A stretch of 59,325 nt of DNA, counting the filler, from Circinaria calcarea (lineage: Eukaryota): NCBI GenBank assembly GCA_051942165.1. It is 3 parts of 3 records of this genome, joined end to end, with 100 filler letters (N's around TTAATTAATTAA, not from the genome) between each part and the next. Parts side by side here need not be neighbours in the genome. Positions count along the whole stretch, not along the records: positions 39,677 to 59,325 come from JAVECS010000197.1; 2 more parts are not named here. The stretch is one strand, 5' to 3'. The position numbers were made by a program, and so were the translations under genes. Every line of letters starts with the position of its first letter. The first letter of the stretch is position 1. The notes beneath the pieces are model-generated. The model searched no databases. It saw only the letters and a list, made by a program, of their open reading frames with translations, and was not told the DNA's origin. Shown piece by piece: positions 48,601-59,325 of this stretch.

Positions 48601-50550
48601 CCACGCAAGAAGGTATTGAAGATCAAGCAAAGCTGGGAATTTTGAGGAGCTCATTAGCTAGAAAAGGTGCTTGGACTGGCACTAAGGTCCAGATAAAACC
48701 GATGTTCCGGAAAAGAGAGTCCAAAAGGAGTTCAAACCCCTACAGTGCAGAAGCTGAGATAAAATCTAAGCGGGATTCCTCCGCAGAGATGGAATCAGGA
48801 AGCGCCGACTTACAGGACCACACTAGATCACCATCCAGAAGCGACTCATTGGCGGGTGTCACTTTTTCACGATTTTCGGCTGTAGAAAATGATTTAGTAT
48901 TGGACAAGCTGCAGTTAATTATTAAGTGGGGAGGGGAGCCTACTCACTCTGCTCGTTATCAATCACAAGACCTTGGTGAGAATATGAGAAACGATCTTCT
49001 CCTGATGAACAGAGAGGCTTTGGAAGACGTGCGTGTCTTTACAAGCTCGGAAAGGAGAGTTAGTACCAGCGGTGAGTTTGCAAAACGCGAAAGTATACAG
49101 CAAGTCTTGAACACTGACGCCCTTTAGCACAAATTTGGGCAGGCTCATTTCTAGCCAAGCAGGATCTCCCTGATGATTTCATCTCCGTGCGCAAGGATCT
49201 CCTGGACGACTCCAATGCGGCGAAGGACGTCATGGACAAGGTGAAAAAGAAGCTCAAGCTATTAATGAGAGAAGGCCACGAAGCTCCACCGCAGTTCGCT
49301 TGGCCCGCCAATACGCCAGAACCATATCTTGTAGTCCAGCGCGTTGCAGAACTCATGAGATTTCACCGGCAAGTGATGCGACATAATTACGTTAAAGTTG
49401 GCGGTGGCGCTGCTGCATCGCTGTCAGCTTTGAATCACCCTGGCGAAGGTACCGTCCCATCTTCTCCTGGAGGCACCCGTGCCCTCGGTCAACCACAAAG
49501 CGTTGCATCGATTCAAGCTAAGTGGTGCTGTGGTGAAGATGCTGAACTGTTCAAAGAAAGGTGGGAAAAGCTATTCAATGAGTTCACCGACTCCGAGAAG
49601 GTAGATCCCAGCAAGATCTCGGAGCTATACGATTCCATGAAATTTGATGCTTTGCACAACCGACAATTCCTTGAGTGGATCTTTACACCAAGTGCAGGTT
49701 TACTTGAAGAGGACGAAGCCGTTGAATCAACAGGAAAGTCCTCCAGTGGTAATCTAGCCCAGCGTATGGGCTTTCGAAGGAAAAACACCATCACCAATGC
49801 TTCATCCTCCATATCAAACGGGCAAGGAGGGGAGGAAAACGAATCTTACTTCAAGTTATACGGTAGCGGCGGCCAGAGCAAGGTAAAACAAGATGTGCGC
49901 TTGGAAAAGTTACGTGAGCTTTACAAGCTGGCCAAAGTACTTTTCGACTTCGTTTGCCCGCAAGAGTACGGCATTGATGACAGCGAGAAACTTGAAATTG
50001 GCCTTCTGACTTCGCTGCCACTCTTAAAAGAGATTGTTAAGGATCTGGAGGAAGTACAGGCGGCGGAGGATGCCAAGTCCTTCATCTATTTCACCAAGGA
50101 GTCACATATCTATACCCTGTTGAACTGTATTCTCGAGGGTGGCATCAAGACGAAAATTACAAGAAATGCGATACCCGAATTGGACTACCTTTCGCAGATA
50201 TGTTTCGAGCTCTACGAATCAGAAGACAAGGAAGCCGATACCTTTGCCTACAGTATCCGCATTACCATCACTCCGGGCTGCCATACGTCGGATCCCTTAG
50301 ATGTCCAGCTAGACTCGAAGCACTCGATTGGGTGTGCACCGAGACGGAGTCTAACTGCTCATGCGGACTGGAAAGAGGTCACTGAAACTTTAAGAGCTAA
50401 GTTTGATACGTAAGTCGGTCGTCTCATGATCATTGGGAGTATACTGAGGACACTAGGGTGAAACTACCGAAAAGCTTCCTTGCGATAAATTTGAGCGAGA
50501 GACATGCTCGGGAGGCGGAGAAGGACGATACCCAGGAGATGGCTAGATGA
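45677..50550 (+). CDS. VIP1: Inositol hexakisphosphate/PP-IP5 kinase (ATP-grasp kinase + histidine acid phosphatase-like domain)
   Basis: IGVCALDVKARSKP, 22-nt microexon VENWPL (47029-47050), FFSDGFPLDKAI, HAETRKSPVVDG, DVNGWSFVK, RHADRTPKQK, YFTKESH, ELDYLSQI. Confidence 0.96.
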
Positions 50551-52406
50551 GAGCGAGGAGCGGCTCGTATCCTTATGCAGGTGCAGCTTAGATGGACATG
50601 CATGGATTGATTCCCGCTGCCGTTACTCGCATCACTGACCTTTGGTCCCAAGAATGTTATTGAGGGGATTCGAGGGATAGACGGTTAGAACCTTATATAG
50701 ACACTGATTGACCTAAAATTAGCCAGAATAACCGAGCATCAATTAGGTATCCAGCAGCCTTGGCCATACCACCCCTTTTCACCCCTAAACGGATATCCAT
50801 CAGTCTCGTTTATATTGACCCATACTGATGGTGGTACTACATAGGAGAAGTTAATAGTTCAAACTTGATCACTGTACAAGTATCTTGCCGTGCCCATGCT
50901 TCCGTTCCATGCTCGATAGGGTTCGTTCTCGACCCGATATCGGCCGTTGTTCCATCTCTTGTCAGGCCGCCTACCCAAGGGTTTCAACCGCTACTCAGCG
51001 GCAGAGGTTCTACTACGACACAGCAAAGGGTAAAGGGGTTGACTCTCTTGTTGCTCTGCAGGGAGAAGTACCCCCGAAAGGCTGACGGTCCCGTGGTGCG
51101 GCTCAGCCCGGACGATCTTCGTTTCCAGATCCTTGTGGCGGCTTTTATGGTGCGGGTCGTGCCCTCCTCGGGATGCAGGCTCGAAGGCCCGGATTCCGGC
51201 CTAAACGGCGCCATCGTGGCCGTTTTGTAAGTCTTAGCTTTGGGGCCCTTGGAAGTCGCGACGCGACGGTTGGCCATGATATCTCTAGCCCACCGAGATA
51301 AAAGAGTCAAGGTACGCTAGAACCTATTTCTTATCAGACATTGGCTCTGGGCAGCAACAGCAACAACGGGGCCTATGTTCCCCTACCAAGCCTGGGATGC
51401 TGGGAGAATCTGGGTGGGAATGATGGATGGACTGTGCGCAGGCGAAACGCATCCCAAGGTTTATCAGTCAGGGGCGACGAGCCGTCACTATGTTTTGACC
51501 CAGTCACCCCAGTCTGTGTGGATCGGTTCTAGACGGGCCACTGCTTGCTTGAATTGCCTTTTAGGAAGGTTTATTTCGTCGAGCAACGATTGGGTAATTT
51601 GTCTGAGGAGGCGGCGTGACATTTTGGTCCCCAAGCCGTGGCCTGCGGATAAATCGCCCTTCCCCCGCATCTCTTCCTGCAGGAACGATCCAAAGCCACG
51701 CTCAACAACAATTACCCGGGCTGCTAAAGGACGATAGGCGGTTTGTGCACTCCATCCGCAAATAGCACGAATATCCCTCTGCCACATCTTCTTCGTGTTG
51801 GTGATGTCTCCCTTAGCTAAACTGAAAGCGGCAACTCCGACGTCAGAGTGAAATAGACGCCGGGAAGTTGCCCCTGACATTTCCTTTGGTAAATAGGAGT
51901 CTCCTATTATTGCCGTGTTCCTGGGATAATTTCCTGCTCCAGAACCCCAATCGGACACACTGACAACTTAGTGGGAAACGCGAGCACACGTGCAAAAAGC
52001 CACGATGACGAAGGAGCCATATCGATAGATCACACCCGATCTGAGCCTTAATATTGCACGGTCGCCCACCCTCCTTGAAAAGTGACCACCTACCTTTCGT
52101 GGTAACAGCCTTCATGCGGGACACAGGAGAAGAACTTGGGGTCCTCGCCACTGGGCAATTTGGTCAATCGTCGAGCGGCTTCTGCTGAAACAACCATGTT
52201 TCCCGTTGCGAAATACCAATGCGGCGCGAGTACTGATAGGTTACCAAGCCACAGAGAGCTTAGGAATGATGGCTTCGGCTTGCATGCCACCAATTTAGAA
52301 TCGTCGGTGACCTCCATTGAACACAATATATACGATACCATATCCCCGACGCAGATGGCTTGTCGCTCGATTTCCCAGACTTACTATCTGGAAGCTGCTG
52401 TGCACC

Positions 52407-55402
52407 ATGCGTGTCCTCCAGAGCATCATCGTGCCCCTGTTGCTGCACGCTGCTGCTGCTAGCAATGTCCACTACACGCCTCCTGAAATTGAGTTGGTGG
52501 TAGCTACTGTACTGAAGGAATTTGCTCACTACCCTGCCTACCACGGCCCTACCGGTACTGCTACCGCTGCTACCACGGCGAAGCCAAGCTGGTCAGCAAT
52601 TCCGACCAACGCCACGACCTCGTACTGGTTTGAAGATATCAAACACCAGGGCGTTGCAGCGTTCAACCCGAATATAGCATCGTACCAGGTCTTCCGCAAT
52701 GTGAGGGACTTCGGTGCTAAAGGGTAGGTTCTCCTCTTGGATACATCTGTTCATTGACAGGCTGACTTAAATGTCAGAGATGGTGTAACTGATGACTCAG
52801 CGGCCATCAACTTGGCTATCAGCAGCGGAAACAGATGCGGTCCTGGCAAATGTGAATCGTCGACTATTACACCAGCTGTCGTTTATTTTCCCGCAGGGAC
52901 CTACTTGATATCAAGCAGTGTTGTCGACTTCTACGAGACGCAACTACTCGGGAATCCAAACAGTCTTCCTGTGCTCAGGGCGACCCCAAACTTCACTGGA
53001 TTTGGTCTCATAGATGGCAGCCAGTACCAAGCTGGTGGCGTGCTCGGATTTGGCGCCACCAACACCTTCCTTAGACAAGTCCGGAACTTCATACTAGACA
53101 TGACCAGCATTCCGTCCACTTCGGCCGCTACGGGTATTCACTGGCCTACGGCTCAGGCCACCAGTTTGCAGAATATCATTATCAAAATGAGCGATGCACC
53201 AGGCACTCAGCACCAAGGAATATTTATTGAGAGTGGTAGGTCATTTCTCTGTTACAATGCTCTAGCACACGGCTCTTAGCACTCGATATTGTGGATATGG
53301 TTTGACGGCCGACGCTTAGGATCTGCCGGTTTCATGAACGATCTCATCTTCTATGGTGGGCTTACCGGTGCTGTGTGAGTATCCGAATTCTCTGTTGACT
53401 AAGATTCATGCTGATATTAGGGTTAGTTTTGGGAACCAACAGTACGAGAACCCAAGTATATAGTCCTAAAGGGTAAAATGTTAATATGTAACCACAGGTA
53501 TACCATGCGAAACCTCTCCTTCTACAACGCTGTTACGGCAATTAATCAGCTCTTCGATTGGGGCTGGACATACAAATCGATAATGATCAATAACTGTACC
53601 GTTGGCTTGGACATGTCTCAAGGCGGCCGCAGTGCCCAGTCAGTAGGCTCCGTCACCTTCTTCGACAGCTCTATTAGCAACGTACAGATCGCTTTCAATA
53701 CATCTCACGATGCAACGTCTTTACCGCCAACCGCTGGGAGTTTGATCATTGAGAATGTAATCATCAACAATGTACCGATCGTAGTAAGAGGCCCCGGGAA
53801 TACTACCGCTCTTGTAGGAACTACTGGAACATCTACCATAGCAGGTTGGGGCCAGGGACATTCGTACACTCCTAACGGGCCCGTGGAATTTGAAGGCCCG
53901 ATTACTGCCTTCCATAGGCCAGCATCGCTTGTACGTGATTCAGGTTTCTACGAGCGCTCAAAGCCTCAATACGCCACAACGCCTGTCTCCCAATTTCTAA
54001 GCACACGGTCTGCTGGCGCTAAAGGAGACGGAGTTACTGATGATACAGCAGCTTTGCAACGTGTCATTTATACCGCAGCATCCACCAACAAGATTGTATT
54101 TTTCGATGCCGGGACTTATAGGATCACCAGCACACTCTTTATACCACGGAATTCCAAATTAGTGGGTGAGAGTTATTCGAGGATTATGTCGAGCGGCGCT
54201 TTCTTCAATAACATGAAAAGACCCCAACCCGTGGTCCAGGTAGGACGAAATGGTGAATCTGGAACTGTTGAATGGTCCGACATGATTGTGAGCACTCAAG
54301 GAGCCCAAGCCGGCGCAACACTCATCGAGTGGAACTTGTCTTCCCCCGGAACGCCATCCGGAATGTGGGATGTACATACTCGAATCGGTGGATTCGCTGG
54401 ATCTCAACAACAACTGGCACAATGTCCTAAGACACCTACAAACTCCACGACAGCTACAAACTCCACGATGTCTACAAACTCCACGATGTCTACAAATTCC
54501 ACGATGTCTACAAACTCCAGTCTTCCAGCAGCCATCAACCCTGCATGCATTGCCGCTTACATGTCCATGCATGTGACTAAACAGGCGTCAAATCTTTATC
54601 TAGAGAATTGCTGGCTGTGGACGGCCGATCATGATCTGGATGATCCCACCAGCACCCAAATCACGATTTACACTGGTCGCGGTCTCTACATCGAAAGTAA
54701 AGAGGGAACTATCTGGCTGTAAGTCACAAGCCTCTCATAATTAATCCCTGAGCTTTCTTGTAAGGTTGCTGACCATCGGTCCATAGCTGGGGAACCGCAG
54801 TTGAGCACCATGCTCTTTACCAGTATCAACTCGACAAAACGCAGAATCTGTTTATGGGACAGGTCCAGACGGAGACTGCGTAAGACTCCTCTCACAATCG
54901 TACCTAATGGACCGCTAACCTCTAAACAGCTACTACCAGCCAAATCCTAATGCCACTATTCCTTTCCCACCCGTAGCCTCTATCAACGACCCAGACTTTG
55001 TCAAATCTTGTGTCGGAGTGGCAGGAAACTGTGCAGATGGTTGGGGTCTCCGCATCCTCGATTCCCAGAACATCCTCGTCTACGGAATCGGCCTTTACAG
55101 TTTCTTCAACAATTATAATACCTGTAAAGTTTCCCCAGTTCCGTTCAATCAACAATCGTTCCACCACCGTTGCCGTCCTTGAACAAGCTCTCAATACTAA
55201 CCTACCGATAGCGTGCATCGCGGGCCTCACTTGCCAAGTCCGCATCTTCGATATCGAGGGCTCTTCAAATAACATCAACGTTTACAACCTCAACACTGTT
55301 GGCACCGCGAGTATGATCGATCGGAACGGGCAAAGTTTAGCCAAGGCGGCAGATAATGTGAATGTTTTTCCGAATAATATAGCGCTTTTCAGGAGTGATT
55401 AG
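52407..55402 (+). CDS. Secreted GH55 exo-beta-1,3-glucanase
   Basis: Signal peptide; two beta-helix starts (FRNVRDFGAKG|DGVTDD, GAKGDGVTDDT), IHWPTAQATSL, WLWTADHD, QTETA|YYQP; includes a 15-nt microexon 53427-53441. Confidence 0.94.
54436..54519 (+). repeat. Coding 18-bp tandem repeat (ctacaaactccacgatgt) x~4.7 within GH55
   Basis: Encodes TNSTTA-TNSTMS-TNSTMS-TNSTMS-TNSS. Confidence 0.93.
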
Positions 55403-56294
55403 AGATGAGATAGGGGCCTTTTGGGGCCGGCTATAGACGTGTTATATTTATGATGATAGGGGGTTCGAAGCTTTTTTAAATAGAATCCTCTTCCTAGATT
55501 ATATTCTGTACATCGTTGTTGATTACTGTCATATTGAATTGGCGTTGTTGACGATATTGACATACTGACTTTATACAGCATATTTTACTGTATACGGCTT
55601 ATATTTTTATAATCTGTACGCCTTTGTCACGGCCAAAAGAAACTTCATTTCCATACTCCCTTTTGTATTATTACGCTTGATATAGGGAGTGGGTTGTGAT
55701 TCGAACCTCAATATACAATCTTGGCGGATGTTTTTACTTTGTTGATCATTCATCAGTTGGGACTAATTCTCTCCTTTTGACGCTTTCAACTACTCGAACC
55801 CTGCCGTCTCCAATTTGAGGGAGGGGAGGGTTACCTCCTTTGGTCTTTGAGCCAATTCCTACACCTCCATTCGTTCAGTCAAGTTCGACTGATTAGCTCC
55901 ATCTTGTCTCTGAATCCCTGTTGAAGTTTCACTCCCTTCCACCAAATTTTCCACATTCCCCGGTTTGGATCTTCACTACCCTTTCATCCCAAGATCCACA
56001 CCCCACGTTTTCTTCGAGCAGGAGCCAAGTAAAGTTAAAGCTCTTGACAGTGTCCCCGTCCCCGAGACTCTTAGAACTAATACAATAGAGAGAGCTTTCT
56101 AGGTTTTTTCCCTCCGTTAAAAAAAGCCCCATAACATACCCAGATCCCATCCCACCAGAAAATCCACCAATGGCGAAAGTAAGACTGGTTTAAACGCTCG
56201 CTGAGTATGACAAGGGGGATGTGCATGTCACACCGGGGAAAATAATATCCAACAGCGATACCACCAGAAAACTATCAAAATCCACGAACGCCTG

Positions 56295-56400
56295 TGTAAG
56301 GGCTCTACCCGAGAACCCCTACGAACCCTACGGGTGAACTATATACCGAGGTCACGAGGTATTAGCTTAGCGAGAAAGGTTTTCCTCGCGAAGCATTACA
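56295..56400. mobile_element. Possible very short solo-LTR relic
   Basis: Begins TGTAAGGG, ends CATTACA (TGTAA..TTACA terminal inverted repeat), internal TATATA. Flanks cctg/ccag are only an imperfect target-site duplication. Confidence 0.3.
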
Positions 56401-56596
56401 CCAGAATTCTTTAGCAATCATTCATACGCTATGCGAACCAATTGAGCACATTATCACACAGTTTTACCGACCCTTATTCGTAAGATCATTATACTATTCG
56501 TAAAGGATCCTTACAGACGCCTTGAGATATATTTTAGATCCGCCAGAGTATACTAAGTCTACGAATACCACCTATCGAATTAATTTCCCACACAAA

Positions 56597-56775
56597 ATGC
56601 CTCGAACAAAACAACACCAAACACAGCAATTTAGGAGGAGGAGACGTACTCTGTTTACAAAAGGCCGACTAGTATACTCATCGATGCGGGGCTAATGTAG
56701 CAGTATTTCTGCACATAAATGGTAGATACTACACATATCGTTCGATAGATAACGAAGTCTGGCGACCTACTATGA
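56597..56775 (+). pseudogene. SRF-type MADS-box domain pseudogene fragment
   Basis: MPRTKQHQTQQFRRRRRTLFTK/AD*YTHRCGANVAVFLHINGRYYTYRSIDNEVWRP; one frameshift (~56662) and TAG 56670-56672. Confidence 0.7.
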
Positions 56776-57029
56776 TGGCGACACAACAGAAGAGCAATTT
56801 AGCCTGGTCTTAGTCCAGAAGGCAACGTAGCCATTACTAGTCAACATGCTACCCTGTGATATACAGCGTGCTCGAAAATCCATAGGGGAAAGCCCAGTGG
56901 ATTCCGAAGATATCGAAGATATAAACTAAGGAGTGTAGAAATATCATAGCGAATATTACTATTCGAACTGTCTCGCAAATTCGTGATTGACAACTGTAGA
57001 TCAGGACGCAAGGTCCAGCACCTGTAAAA

Positions 57030-57230
57030 GCCGTCTTTGCTCTTCTCCTGCATACGCTGCCTGCAACGCTGTCTTCGGGTCCTCTCGATTGTTGAAATAT
57101 AATGGCCTGCTTTTATCCCAGCCTAGTCCATTTTAGATATATCGATACCAGCTTCCAAGAGCAGTCGAATCACATTTTCATTGCCTCCCATCACAGCGTA
57201 ATACAGTGCGGTCCATTCGTCATAAGTTGG
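57030..57230 (-). pseudogene. Ankyrin-repeat pseudogene fragment
   Basis: YDEWTALYYAVMGGNENVIRLLLEAGIDISKMD*AGIKAGHYI (TAG 57123-57125), followed by KTALQAAYAG; an upstream hydrophobic segment (~57390-57510) lies in another frame. Confidence 0.65.
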
Positions 57231-58184
57231 ACTCGAAATCCGTCTATGTACGCCAGGCACAGGTGCATCTGCTTCGCAATGTACTCAGCATTCTGTCTAT
57301 TCTTCTCCATCATCATCGTAGAGGGTTCCACAAGGTAGTTTTCTAAGTTGCCCCGCTTCCCAACGCCCTTGATTTCGATCAGCTGTCAGGTGGGGTACGG
57401 TAGTGAATATGACGAGCAATGCGACAACACTGATGATGAGTACTGTGGAGGCGACCATCGCAATCACAAGAACCGAAGGAAGGATAAGAATAAGGACTGC
57501 ACTCCCTATTGCATAAAGACAAGCTCTTGGCCACTTTCCACCTCGCCCAATGGTGTCAATGACTTTTGAGTGTCCTAGCAGATGAGAAAAAATTTGTCAG
57601 TCAATTCTCGGGAATCAAGGTAATCCAGAGACAAATATAAGGCTACCGACCATACTGCCCTTCAACAAAAGAGGACTAGAACTATATCAAGGGATGCTTT
57701 TCCTCTCAAAATGAAATTAGATGGCGTTATTTGAGGAGCGCAACTTAGCCGACGCGACGTGTCTTCACGGGTTGTCAGGGAGCTCGAAGGAAGGGTCAAG
57801 TCTGCGCCAAGGAAAATCGTGGAAGATTCAAGGCTTAACCAGCCCTCTATCTCGAACAGAGAGTGTTACACCACATGACGACTGGCTATGACTCAGAAAC
57901 GTGCAAAGGAAACAACACATGAATTTTATTTGTGACTTTAGATTTGAGAACCTGAGCGGCTTTTGGTGAGCATGTTGTGCCTCCTCTTACATATGTACAC
58001 AACCATAATTGACTTGCTTCAGGCGTAGGACCTCGGATTCCATACAGTGCTCTGTTCACAACTCGGGCGAAGGTCAATCCTCACAACCGCCTTATCTTAG
58101 AGTTACTGTCTGGGATTTGGCAACGCATGCCTTACTCTTATAACTGTTCTTCGAACGACTCTGGTTGAATAACCGCTTGTAGGC

Positions 58185-59072
58185 ATGGATGGTGATAACT
58201 ATTTCGACGAGAGGGACTGTCCCAGCTTACCTTTAAACGTGGATGACCTCTTGGAAAAGAATCAACGTTTACAGCGGCGGATATGTGCACTCGGAAGGAA
58301 GTATGCTGCGGCTTACAAAGAGCTTGAGGAAGCAAGAGAAGCTCTGGGATATTATGCGAACCCATTACCTTTCCTCCAATTTCCTCGAGAGATTCGGGAC
58401 CAGATATACACATACGCCCTTCAAGCTCCGGTCACAGTTCGTACTCATCCTCTCCCGGCTATATACACAAGCATAAGTGTGTTCAAGCCTCCTACGCCTG
58501 GGATGCTTCTGGTAAATAGCCAGGTGTACCGCGAGGCGAAAGAAATCCTCTACTCAAGGAACACCTTCGCATTCTCTGAAACAAAACATATGCATGATTT
58601 TTTGGAGCAAATCGGCAATGAAAACAAGGACCGCATCCAGTCAATATCCTTCTGGGTTGATTACACTCGTAAACCGCCACATGCTGACCCGAATTATGAG
58701 ACTGGAAATGAGCCTCACAACTGGGCAAACATTTTAGTAAACGGCGACCTTAAAAATATTACGAAGATGCATGTTCAAGGCGAAAACATCAACGGAGCAC
58801 CCTGGATGCTGCTTGTCATGGATCCAGTCATGGAGAATGCCATTAAAAATGTTCTACAGCGTAGTCCAGGCAACGAAGCTCTCCGGAAATTGAAGCTCAC
58901 AGGATATAATTGGAATGCGTGCAAGAAGTTTCCACAGAACTGGGAGATTATAACAAAGCAATGGGAAGAGCCGGACGAGGAGGAGTGGGGCACGGATGGA
59001 TATGCGGAGTGTGACGAAGAGAATCAAGAGTCTGATGTCGATAGTGAATTTCCACGAGCGATATTGCAGTAG
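58185..59072 (+). CDS. Intronless protein with N-terminal coiled coil and F-box-like motif (DUF7730-type fungal family)
   Basis: 295-aa ORF; PFLQFPREIRDQIYTYAL..MLLVNSQVYREAKEILYSRNTFAF; acidic tail. Confidence 0.75.
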   Translation: MDGDNYFDERDCPSLPLNVDDLLEKNQRLQRRICALGRKYAAAYKELEEAREALGYYANPLPFLQFPREIRDQIYTYALQAPVTVRTHPLPAIYTSISVFKPPTPGMLLVNSQVYREAKEILYSRNTFAFSETKHMHDFLEQIGNENKDRIQSISFWVDYTRKPPHADPNYETGNEPHNWANILVNGDLKNITKMHVQGENINGAPWMLLVMDPVMENAIKNVLQRSPGNEALRKLKLTGYNWNACKKFPQNWEIITKQWEEPDEEEWGTDGYAECDEENQESDVDSEFPRAILQ

Positions 59073-59325
59073 CTATGAGGTATTGGGAGGATTACGTAGT
59101 TGAACGTCCAAAGGCTATACTACACAGGTAGCGCCGTATTAAAAGACCTGAGTTACCTATCGAATAAGGACTTCTTTACCTATAAGACGTGGGTAAAGAG
59201 GTGAGGAAGGAGAGGAGTCTGCGTTACTGCTGGCTTGTGAAATTCTGGAAGTACTTGAACGAAAGCTACCCAACTGCAGTAGCTAGTGGACACTCCCATA
59301 TCACGAATACTTGCTTGCTGAATCC

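Noticed and set aside
45677..50550. Functional phosphate cluster linking VIP1 and the alkaline phosphatase
   Set aside because: About 27 kb and two assembly gaps apart with unrelated genes between; likely coincidence.
50865..52341. Several 100-156 aa ORFs between VIP1 and GH55
   Set aside because: Overlapping on both strands with no domain or codon bias; most likely GH55 upstream region, although a small decayed gene at ~50870-51277 (-) cannot be excluded.
54436..54519. CRISPR-like array
   Set aside because: Head-to-tail coding repeat without spacers in a eukaryotic gene.
55625..56049. TGTCAC...TGACA as an LTR
   Set aside because: No target-site duplication (gcctt versus gtgtc) and no second copy in the window.

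Overview
Intron-rich genomic DNA from a filamentous ascomycete (Pezizomycotina; a Eurotiomycete-like, possibly lichen-forming, fungus is my inference from protein style, not a proven assignment). Three contigs are joined by two artificial 100-nt linkers (44 N + TTAATTAATTAA + 44 N) at 19750-19849 and 39577-39676. Conserved genes: Anp1-family mannosyltransferase, an SDR, ECM33, a Mag1-type glycosylase, QCR7, a mitochondrial NAD+/folate-type carrier, a small conserved membrane protein, an ABC1/ADCK kinase, a secreted alkaline phosphatase with tandem CACGTG boxes, CWH41, MSO1, UTP21 (cut by a gap), VIP1 and a GH55 exo-beta-1,3-glucanase. Two accessory zones stand out. The first (~20.9-34.7 kb) holds an intact P450, two disabled DUF3328/UstYa oxidases, an intact PTH11-like membrane protein, an SDR, a convergent pair of secreted Cys-patterned proteins carrying three copies of a KP4/Ecp2-like module, and a GNAT pseudogene. 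The second (~55.6-59.1 kb) holds a possible mini solo-LTR, MADS-box and ankyrin pseudogene fragments and an intronless F-box-like gene. Premature stops in the pseudogenes are mostly explicable as C->T changes (RIP-like). No rRNA, tRNA or CRISPR array was recognised. All gene models were spliced by eye and family calls come from motif recognition, not searches.
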